Virus record (IMG/VR): IMGVR_UViG_3300045993_000204
Coordinates: 1 to 58,104 of that record
Strand: one strand, 5' to 3'
Length of the DNA stretch: 58,104 nucleotides
Source: a virus
Lineage: Duplodnaviria; Caudoviricetes
Below are positions 18,238 to 25,816 of the stretch, piece after piece (within the stretch, counting starts at the first letter, position 1; every line of letters starts with the position of its first letter). Both the position numbers and the translations under genes were made by a program. Under the pieces are notes generated by a model. That model did no database searches. It was not told the origin of the DNA and saw only the letters and a program-made list of their open reading frames with translations.

Positions 18238-18689
18238 TACATGTCCTCCGGCATATGGTTGTGCTTGCGCCCATTTTCAAAGGCAGTTAGCAATTGTAAA
18301 TTTTCATGTACGTGCAAGCCGCTAACAAGTTTACCTTGTAAGGGGTAAATATGATCCACGACAAGCCCAAATTTGTTTGCTTGGGCATAAAACTTTTGAA
18401 TTGCTTCTAGATTGGCCCAACTTGGTGTTCGCTTAAGCCTAGCTGCCCGCTTCCTAGCGCATTAGCGCATTAGCGCGCTCTGGGTACTTTTTACACCAAG
18501 CAAGACTAGCTTGGCTATAATACGCACGCCCTTCAGCTGTACGCATTGCTTTAGTCTTAGCTTTGCATCTGCGCAAAAACATGCCCAGCAAGTGTATCCA
18601 ATAAAGCCCGAAGCTTTACAGTCAGTCCGGGCTAGACCCTCCGGTGTATACGCTTTTTGCTGCTTACAAATTTTGCATTGTCTAAGCAT
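18237..18689 (-). pseudogene. Broken zinc-finger-HNH endonuclease, paralog of 21942-22511
   Basis: Zinc finger and HNH (VDHIYPLQGKLVSGLHVHENLQ) share a frame but the linker is in the -1 frame, leaving an in-frame TAA at 18462. Confidence 0.8.
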
Positions 18690-18757
18690 GATACGCCTTC
18701 CAGATGCCATCAAAAATAGCACTAATAATTTGGGCGAGCAATACACCTAGGGCAATT

Positions 18758-19015
18758 TCAATAATCGTCACGAGCATACTCCTTTGCGTTTTCAAGTGCT
18801 TCTTCTTCAATGCGCTCGCGGTCACGGTCTGTCAATTTCTTCTCGAGCCAGGGAGCATAACGGCCGTTCCGATCACAGACTGTGAACTCTATCTCTGTGA
18901 AGCCGTAGCAGTCCCAATCGCTGTCGCAACGAGGACCCAAGGGCTCTTGCACGAAGAGCCGATCTACTTCTATTACGCAGGGTATACCTGCAACTTTGGA
19001 TGTAAAACTTTTCAT
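18758..19015 (-). CDS. Hypothetical protein
   Basis: VAGIPC...SDWDCYG..E.EF.V.DR.GR.APWLE, a conserved-looking phage pattern. Confidence 0.65.
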   Translation of the reverse strand: MKSFTSKVAGIPCVIEVDRLFVQEPLGPRCDSDWDCYGFTEIEFTVCDRNGRYAPWLEKKLTDRDRERIEEEALENAKEYARDDY

Positions 19016-19019
19016 GAGC

Positions 19020-19343
19020 TTACCGGAAACGCCGATTGCGCATAATTATTGTGCTCTCAACGTCAATGCTGTCAAGCGCATCTTCAAGCTGCGACGCAAT
19101 CTCTTTCTCAAAGCTCGAGTCAAGTTGTGCAAGCTGCGCAGTAAGCACCTCGATCATGGTGCACTGCTCTTTGGTAACAAGCTCAAGGGCTGCAATACGA
19201 GCTTCGAAGATTTTAGAAACTGCTGCGATCAAAGCGGCACCAACAGATGCCTCGAGCCATGAAATGTGCTGCGCAGGAATAGCCAATACAGCAGGCGTAG
19301 TCACTTCAAGTGTGCTTATTGTGGGGGCGAATGTGTCGTTCAT
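19020..19343 (-). CDS. Hypothetical coiled-coil protein
   Basis: ggag RBS before ATG 19343. Confidence 0.55.
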   Translation of the reverse strand: MNDTFAPTISTLEVTTPAVLAIPAQHISWLEASVGAALIAAVSKIFEARIAALELVTKEQCTMIEVLTAQLAQLDSSFEKEIASQLEDALDSIDVESTIIMRNRRFR

Positions 19344-19426
19344 TTCGATAACTCCAGTACAAGTAAGATTGCGAAACCCAGGCCGATTGCTATGGCCAAG
19401 GTAATGTCTTTCCAGGATTCTTTCAC
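19340..19426 (-). CDS. 28-aa single-pass membrane peptide
   Basis: GTGA and ATGA overlaps at both ends; MKESWKDITLAIAIGLGFAILLVLELSK. Confidence 0.5.
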   Translation of the reverse strand: MKESWKDITLAIAIGLGFAILLVLELSK

Positions 19427-19632
19427 AGCTGCTTTTCCCAAACGCCTGAGGCGTTCTTGTAGTGCTGACCGAAGCCAACACCAAGCTTGCCGATAGTGTG
19501 CTCTTTGAAGCAAGCTTTGCAGAAGTTGCCCCAGCGTCCGCCGTCAGCGCGGGCATCGAAGAACTCTGTTGTGATGGGTGCTTGACAGATGTCGCACTTT
19601 GTAGGTGGCGTACCTAACCATTTCTTTGTCAT
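19423..19632 (-). CDS. Small zinc-finger protein
   Basis: CDIC...FFDA...WGNFCKAC...LGVGFGQ.Y. Confidence 0.65.
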   Translation of the reverse strand: MTKKWLGTPPTKCDICQAPITTEFFDARADGGRWGNFCKACFKEHTIGKLGVGFGQHYKNASGVWEKQL

Positions 19633-19700
19633 AAGGATCTTTCTATAAGAACAACAAGTAAGTTTGTTGTTAAAGTAATTATAGCAGCAATTTTGCCAAT
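19633..19700 (-). promoter_or_regulatory. Extended -10 promoter and hairpin leader, paralogous to 17529-17582
   Basis: TGcTATAAT followed by aacaacaaacttacttgttgtt...gaaagatcct-ATG. Confidence 0.6.
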
Positions 19701-19802
19701 TTTGCAGTTTATTTACCACAAATGTGGCGCACCACGGCCGTTCGGTGCTGATGTACGCACACGAACTTTTAATCGGCCGGCCGTGGCGTTCCAATATTCT
19801 GC

Positions 19803-21806
19803 CTATGTCGGTGCTTTTGAAATGGCAATGTATCCAGGGAGCGCAGAGTCGTGGTTCCCGATCCCACCTGATAGTGCTTTGTGCTGCCACTCGTCTATGC
19901 TTAGCTGTGCAAGCCGCTTCCTAGCAGGGGTAAGGTTAAACGGGAATGTCGGCGATGTCGCAAGGCTTCTCAACACCTTCGCCACCAAGTTCACAGCAGT
20001 AACCTCTTTGTTGTCTTGGTTAATTCTATCTGTGATAAACTTGGCAGTGATGAACTGGTGTGGTAAGTCTTTCAGTTTGGGGAAGATATTGCCTGCAATC
20101 ATTTGCTCAATGCTGCTTGTGAGCTCATCATGCTTGGCGTACTTGAGGTTGAGCAGTTCTTGTGGGGAGCTGATGTGAGGATTCTCTGCTCTGAGCTCTT
20201 GGTCTACATCGTCCATAGTCAGCCTGGACTTCCACCACACTTGCGGGTCATTCTCGTCTACTACCACAGTTTCAAGCGCTTCTGCAAGGAGCTGCAACTT
20301 GACTTCGTAGGGTATTACTACGCACCAGTTCACTGTAACGGCAATGAACCGGCGGGAGCCAGACTTGTCTGAGGTGATGTCCGATCTGTTAGTCGCCCCA
20401 CAGATGATGTACCCTCTAGGCTCTACTTTAGGGTCAGTCTGGTACAGTACCTGGATTGTGTCCTCTGTTTGGGAGATGTACTGCTTGATATTTTCGTGAG
20501 ATGCACCTCGTGAGTCCAAGATAATACCTTCTGCCATATCCACAATGACAGACTTTGCGCACTTCACCATGCTATGCCGCTGCTGGCTAGACGTTCCTGT
20601 AGGGAGCGCCTCGATTGCGTGGTAGAGCTTGTGCCCTTCGAACGTTGCCAAGGCTTCTAGGAACGTGGTCTTACGAATGCCTTGTGGGCCTACTAGCATG
20701 AAGGCAAAGTCTGCTTTAGTTCCTGGTTTGACAAGACGCAGGGCAAAGGCAGTCATGAGCATGCGCCCAAAGTCTTCGCAGATGTGCTGGTCTTCTGGTG
20801 CTACTTGTAAGTACTTTGGGCCCCAAGTATCAAGGCGAGGTACTTTGTCCCAGGTCACTGCCTTGATTGCATCCCGTACTAGGTCTGTAGACGTGGTGTT
20901 GAGGTACCCACCTACTGCAGTGGCAATCACTGGTTTTGTGAACTTGCCATCTATGTGTTCTTGTAGGTTAACCAGGATGTCAAACTTCACATTGTCTACG
21001 CTAGTACAAAGACTGCCATCAAAGATAATGCCAAGTCGCTTATCCTCGTAGAGGCGCTTGGCATACAGTGTTTTGATTATTTGGTAGGCATTAAACTCGT
21101 TGCGCTCAAACTTGCCTTTGTCATCCACAATCACCTTGGCTTCAGACAGGACTTGCTTACGGGAAGCCTGGAGTGACTCTACTGGGATGACCATCAGTTC
21201 TTCAAGCTGGCCTTCAGGATCCTCAACTAACCAGTCATCCACACCTTTGTTGAACGGTGGCTTATAGACTGTGAGGGTAACACTTAGCGCTTTGAGGAGG
21301 GAAGCGAAGGTAGTGACTGCGTACTGGATTTGTACATTTGTTTCTATGTCCCCATCAAAGACTGCCTTGACCTCTGTGCAACCATGCAGGAGACCAACTA
21401 AGGTGGGGTGCAGTACCTGACCCTGCGAGAACCCGCGACAGCCTCTTAGCCCTACGGACGCAATGTTGAAATGCTTGGAGAACTTGACTGACTTCTTCTC
21501 CCCTTCTATTAGCCATAGTGTCTTGGACTTGGGGTACTCGCCTAGCGGGACGTACACCTCTGTTTGTCCCTTGGGTCCCTTATATTTAGGGACCGAATCC
21601 GCACGACAAACCCACATTTGTGGGACTTGATATGGTATAATATAACGCCCAACACCAAATAGATTTGCTATGGGATAGGCACCAAGGTCTGATGGTTCTA
21701 GCCCAGAACGTGCAAGATCCGAGCGCATAAACTGCTCGGAGATGCTGTCTGATATATATGCAGGAGCTGGTTCATAAAGTAGCGAAGCTTGCGCATGAGC
21801 TGACAT
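19803..21806 (-). CDS. Primase-helicase (Toprim/DUF3854-like domain plus VirE/VapE-type ATPase)
   Basis: IEGEKK, VFDGD, KGVDDW; PGTKAD, GPQGIRKTT, GATN, GSRRF. Confidence 0.85.
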   Translation of the reverse strand: MSAHAQASLLYEPAPAYISDSISEQFMRSDLARSGLEPSDLGAYPIANLFGVGRYIIPYQVPQMWVCRADSVPKYKGPKGQTEVYVPLGEYPKSKTLWLIEGEKKSVKFSKHFNIASVGLRGCRGFSQGQVLHPTLVGLLHGCTEVKAVFDGDIETNVQIQYAVTTFASLLKALSVTLTVYKPPFNKGVDDWLVEDPEGQLEELMVIPVESLQASRKQVLSEAKVIVDDKGKFERNEFNAYQIIKTLYAKRLYEDKRLGIIFDGSLCTSVDNVKFDILVNLQEHIDGKFTKPVIATAVGGYLNTTSTDLVRDAIKAVTWDKVPRLDTWGPKYLQVAPEDQHICEDFGRMLMTAFALRLVKPGTKADFAFMLVGPQGIRKTTFLEALATFEGHKLYHAIEALPTGTSSQQRHSMVKCAKSVIVDMAEGIILDSRGASHENIKQYISQTEDTIQVLYQTDPKVEPRGYIICGATNRSDITSDKSGSRRFIAVTVNWCVVIPYEVKLQLLAEALETVVVDENDPQVWWKSRLTMDDVDQELRAENPHISSPQELLNLKYAKHDELTSSIEQMIAGNIFPKLKDLPHQFITAKFITDRINQDNKEVTAVNLVAKVLRSLATSPTFPFNLTPARKRLAQLSIDEWQHKALSGGIGNHDSALPGYIAISKAPT

Positions 21807-21925
21807 GTTGATTGTGGTTGGTTGATGCAGGGATGTGGTTGGTGTTTAGAAAGAAAGACCCGAGGACTTTCGCCCTCGGGTTTTCACCTGCATCTAGGCC
21901 CACCAACCACAGCAGCTCCTAGACT
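21807..21925 (-). promoter_or_regulatory. Structured 5' leader of the primase gene containing a terminator-like hairpin
   Basis: acccgagggc-gaaa-gtcctcgggt-ctttcttt plus competing complementary segments. Confidence 0.6.
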
Positions 21926-21941
21926 TTACAAATAGGGTAGC

Positions 21942-22511
21942 CTACGTCTCCAAAAGTCTATTGCCTTTACTACTATTTTCTGTTTGAGTAAGCAGCTGTA
22001 AGTTGTTTGCAACATGAAGCCCAGATACTAAAGCTCCGCGCAAAGGATAAATGTGATCTACAGTAAGCCCCTTACTTGCAGCTTTTGTGTATACTTGCTT
22101 AATTGCTGCCAAGTCTGCCCATGGTGGCACACGCTGGATTTTAGCTATAGCGTACCTCGTACAATTAGCATTAGACTTTCCGCGATTCGCTTTTTGCCAA
22201 GCCCTTACTGCCGCGTTAAGCTTTTCACGCCCTTCAGGCGTTGCTCGGGTTTTTGCCTTTGCAGCTCGTTGCACAGCCCGTATTTTGTCTAAGCCTTCTG
22301 GAGTGGTTCTATTTTTTGCTTGGGTCGCTCTATTTGCCGCATTTGCTTTTGCGCGACCTTCTGGAGTTGCTTTACGAGCAGCATTGCGCTTGGCATCACT
22401 AAGCAAGTAACAGTCCCAGCAGACTGCCCCTAAAAAACCAGACGCTTTCGAGCAAGACTTAGCTGTAAGCTCATAGAACTTTTCTTGGTTACAAATTTTA
22501 CAATATCGCAT
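21942..22511 (-). CDS. HNH homing endonuclease with an N-terminal KASGF zinc finger
   Basis: CKIC...KASGFLGAVCWDC; TPEGR repeats; VDHIYPLRGALVSGLHV. Confidence 0.88.
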   Translation of the reverse strand: MRYCKICNQEKFYELTAKSCSKASGFLGAVCWDCYLLSDAKRNAARKATPEGRAKANAANRATQAKNRTTPEGLDKIRAVQRAAKAKTRATPEGREKLNAAVRAWQKANRGKSNANCTRYAIAKIQRVPPWADLAAIKQVYTKAASKGLTVDHIYPLRGALVSGLHVANNLQLLTQTENSSKGNRLLET

Positions 22512-22817
22512 AACTTATTGTAACACTATACTGTCGTTTAGGACACATATATTTTTCACAGTTGTGGTATAAGCTTAGTCCTAGGTCCCGTACCTAGAAC
22601 CCCACTCGCCACCAGTTCTTCGTGTTTGTGTGTCGTGCGTGCGCATCGTGTTTTATATTTTAATCATATTTAATTTTGAGCCCTGGTAACATCCAGCAAG
22701 TAGAAGTTGCATTAAACGCATTATTTCGAAAACGTATACGTACGCATCAGCAGCGAAAAATAATGCGACGGTGGCAATCGTGGTGCGTTTTAAGCACCTC
22801 GTGGATCAGTCGGACTG

Positions 22818-23336
22818 TCAATAATCGTCATCGTCACGACCTTTTTGCTTCTTTGGTATGTAGTCAAATGCGTCTGGCCCAAACTTCTCAATCTTATGCT
22901 TGACTACTCGTATTTCGTCTTCCAGTACAAACTTACGCATACTAAGCGTTGGGTCAGTAGTATCAGGGTATGCTCTTTCAAACAAGCCCAACAAACTTTG
23001 CGCTTGGCTTAGTCGCTCTGCATATGGTACACCTAGTGTACTTCTTTGACTTTGGCCTACCACAGTTCGTTTAGCTTTGGCAGTAACCTGCGCATCAAAC
23101 TTTGTATTGGACATTTGGTGCTTGATTCCTTGGAGTTGCGCCTCCAGCGATTCTTTCTTAGCCTTAAGTTCTAGGTACTCTGGATTAGTACTTTGGGATA
23201 TACTTTGTGCACGTGCTCGCTGGCGCTTGACGTAACATGCCCAGCATATGTTACCCATAAATCCTGCTGCTTTACTATTACGTGGTACGTCTGGATTGAA
23301 CGGGGCATCTTGCTCACAAGTTTTACAAACCTTCAT
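22818..23336 (-). CDS. KAAGF zinc-finger plus coiled-coil protein without a nuclease domain
   Basis: CKTC...KAAGFMGNICWAC; aggag RBS; TATAAT upstream. Confidence 0.7.
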   Translation of the reverse strand: MKVCKTCEQDAPFNPDVPRNSKAAGFMGNICWACYVKRQRARAQSISQSTNPEYLELKAKKESLEAQLQGIKHQMSNTKFDAQVTAKAKRTVVGQSQRSTLGVPYAERLSQAQSLLGLFERAYPDTTDPTLSMRKFVLEDEIRVVKHKIEKFGPDAFDYIPKKQKGRDDDDY

Positions 23337-23415
23337 ATCAAACTCCTATATAAAATATTATTATATCGTAAATATTACGACGTTTAATGTATTTAGTGCT
23401 TTGAAGATTGCGTCT

Positions 23416-23465
23416 AGGTTCTTAGTACCTCGTGCTTTGGACTACGAGGTAGGTACTAAGAACCT
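23416..23465. repeat. 15-bp perfect inverted repeat next to GT-rich and AT-rich tracts
   Basis: aggttcttagtacct ... aggtactaagaacct. Confidence 0.85.
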
Positions 23466-23922
23466 CGTGCATGTTGTGTTGTGTGTGTTCGTCGTGTAAT
23501 ATAACTTTAATAATAATAATAATATATATATACAAGTAAATACTATGTTTTTTTCATGGCCATTTTTAAGCTGCCTTTTCAGACGCCTTTCCGACGACAC
23601 GGCCGCGCACGTTACACGAAACCAGCTGTTTTCGGCCCAAAAAGGCCGAAAACCCCGTCAAAATCAGCTGTTTTCGGCCCAAAAACGTCATTTTAGCCTT
23701 CCAGGCTCCGAACGCACGTGTTTTCGTCGTACACGGAACCAGCGAGTACTACCCCAGGCCCCGAACAGTGCTTTCCACCCCAAAACGGATTCCAGCAACA
23801 GGGCAAATCTCCCGGATTTCGGGCTAGCCCGCTAAAACGCAATCTACCACGTTTTTGGGCAAGTGACCTTCCGTCCGACACTGGGTAGGAAGGAGGGTAG
23901 CACTTCGTAATGCGGAGTTTGT

Positions 23923-23971
23923 CCATGCATATATGAGTTTTGGGCAAAGTCCAAAACTCATATATGCATGG
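23923..23971. repeat. 21-bp perfect inverted repeat with a 7-nt spacer
   Basis: ccatgcatatatgagttttgg-gcaaagt-ccaaaactcatatatgcatgg. Confidence 0.9.
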
Positions 23972-24014
23972 CCCGAAGTCAGTTCGACCCCATCATATAT
24001 GAGTTTGATGGGGC

Positions 24015-24046
24015 AATAAAAAAGCCCTGAGAATCTCAGGGCTTTG
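24015..24046 (-). terminator. Intrinsic terminator of the 24064-24522 gene
   Basis: Minus strand aaagccctgaga-t-tctcagggcttt followed by ttatt. Confidence 0.75.
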
Positions 24047-24063
24047 CGCTTAGCAGCTGTCTA

Positions 24064-24522
24064 TTACTCTTGGGTTACTTCTTCAACTTTGGGCAGGTCG
24101 ATTTTATTTGCCCGCACTTGAGACTTGTACCATGCAACACACGCATAGGTTGTCTTGCGAGCGGGATTCTCTTCAAGGACCTTTGCAACGATTTCTTTGT
24201 TAGAGAGCGCGCCTTCGGCAATCAATTCAAGGATCCTTGCACCAACGCCAGTCTTCACAGTCTTGGGCGCTTTAAACGCATTATTTTCGATCGGTGTATG
24301 TTCGGCTTCGTCGTTCGTTTTGGGAGCCTCCGTGACGATCGTAGTCGATGTATCGTCGCTTACGATCGTTAACGTTTCGGCATCGACGACGACCGGTGGC
24401 ACGTACTCTTCGCCTTTTTCCGCAGCGATCTGAGATTCAATGGCTTGAGTTTCGAGCTCGATCATGGCAAGCTTTTGAGCCTTAGTTAAACGTGGGGCCT
24501 TGGGTGCAGTAGTCTTAGTCAT
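24064..24522 (-). CDS. First early gene, with a C-terminal HTH-like domain; paralog of 10682-11125
   Basis: Has its own promoter and terminator; shared C-terminal motif. Confidence 0.75.
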   Translation of the reverse strand: MTKTTAPKAPRLTKAQKLAMIELETQAIESQIAAEKGEEYVPPVVVDAETLTIVSDDTSTTIVTEAPKTNDEAEHTPIENNAFKAPKTVKTGVGARILELIAEGALSNKEIVAKVLEENPARKTTYACVAWYKSQVRANKIDLPKVEEVTQE

Positions 24523-24564
24523 AAGTTCTTTCTAGTTTGTCAACCAGCGTGATTGCTTGTTGAT

Positions 24565-24600
24565 GAGTTAATTATGTCACGGCAAATTAAGAAGTACAAG
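24565..24600 (-). promoter_or_regulatory. Sigma70-like early promoter
   Basis: Minus strand TTGTAC-N17-(TGa)CATAAT. Confidence 0.65.
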
Positions 24601-24770
24601 CAATCGTTCTAATTGGTTAGCTCTAGTTGATTAGTAAAACCTATTGGGGCTTTGTACTAATTATATACGCGATGCGGGTGCGTGTGCGCACATGCGTATA
24701 ACGTACTTTGATCCAAATGTAAACAAATAAAGTGTAACACTTTGTAACGGAGATACTGATTGGTAATACT

Positions 24771-24990
24771 ATGTGCTACGTGGTATGTACTCGTACTACG
24801 TGGTATGTACTCGTACTACGTGGTATGTACTCGTACTACGCGGTATGCACTCGTACTAAGTGGTATGTACTTGTACTAAGTGGTATGCACTAGCACTGAG
24901 TAGTATGTACTCGTACTACTTAGTATGCGCTTGCACTGAGTAGTATGTACTTGTACTAAGCAGTGTGTACTCATACTGAGTGGTATGTAC
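24771..24990. repeat. Tandem array of about 11 x 20-bp units (tcgtactacgtggtatgtac consensus)
   Basis: Directly visible; the units diverge toward the right. Confidence 0.92.
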
Positions 24991-25009
24991 TATGCAGCAT
25001 GAGCCACGG

Positions 25010-25130
25010 AGTTACCAACGAGTTGCCCTAGTTACTAACCAGGTTGCTAAGTTACTAACGAGTTACCATAGTTACTAACAGGGCTAGTACGTTGCCAACG
25101 GGTTCATAAAGTTACCAACCAGTTACTAAG
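25010..25130. repeat. Second degenerate array (agttac(t/c)aac units, about 10/20-bp period)
   Basis: Repeated agttactaac, agttaccaac and gttgccaac. Confidence 0.8.
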
Positions 25131-25449
25131 TCCTATATGGGGCTTGCCTTGTGCGGGGCACTTTGCACCCCCTATATGGGGCGAATCCCGACGGGCAGGT
25201 GCAGCCTTATGTTGATCTACATACGCAGCAGAAAACCCAAACTAAACTACCAGCGAGTACTTTATACAAATTCCCGGAAAAAACCCAAACTAAACTACCA
25301 GTGAGTAAAGTGCACCGCCACAAAGAACCCCCGGGCATACCCGCCTCTTCACCCCCACCAAGCTCTTCACCAAGAAAAATTTCCCGGAAAAATTTCGAAA
25401 TTTAAACTACCAGTGCACACAACACTAAAATTCACGACATAATACTGAA

Positions 25450-25812
25450 ATGAGTCTAATCCCTGAAGTCCTCCCCCAACAGATCCGCTCAACAGCTCTC
25501 ACCCAGCCCGTTGGCCCCAACGTAGCGATCAAGCAACTCCGTGAAGTATTCAGGGATGCATTTGACCAGCTAGGTGGCGCGCACTGGCTTATCGAGTTTG
25601 TACAAAAAGATCCAGCTAACGCAAGGGTCTTTGTGGGTGCTATCAGCAAGCTGCTCCCCGCGCAAGTCCAGTCAGTAGTAATCAAGGGTGATGCAGACAA
25701 TCCCCTTCGCATGGCTGTTACCTCCCTCAAGGGGCTTAGCGATGCGGACTTACTACAAATGGAAGCTATTGTGTCCAAAGTCAGCACACTGCCAGATCCC
25801 CAAGTAGAGTAG
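25450..25812 (+). CDS. Probable terminase small subunit
   Basis: Directly precedes terL; F..LGG..WL.......P..F......LLP pattern. Confidence 0.7.
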   Translation: MSLIPEVLPQQIRSTALTQPVGPNVAIKQLREVFRDAFDQLGGAHWLIEFVQKDPANARVFVGAISKLLPAQVQSVVIKGDADNPLRMAVTSLKGLSDADLLQMEAIVSKVSTLPDPQVE

Positions 25813-25816
25813 CTAA

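Noticed and set aside
19725-19793. Hammerhead ribozyme
   Set aside because: CTGATGT does not match the CUGANGA core and the GAAA element is missing
23923-23971. Protelomerase (telRL) site of a linear plasmid-prophage
   Set aside because: No protelomerase or partition genes are recognisable, and the palindrome has a spacer
24771-25130. CRISPR array
   Set aside because: The units are contiguous 20-mers with no unique spacers; the Cas4-like nuclease is a standard phage replication gene
23545-25405. ORFs 23545-23835, 23693-23947 and 25151-25405
   Set aside because: They translate repeat DNA, have no RBS and show no protein-like motifs
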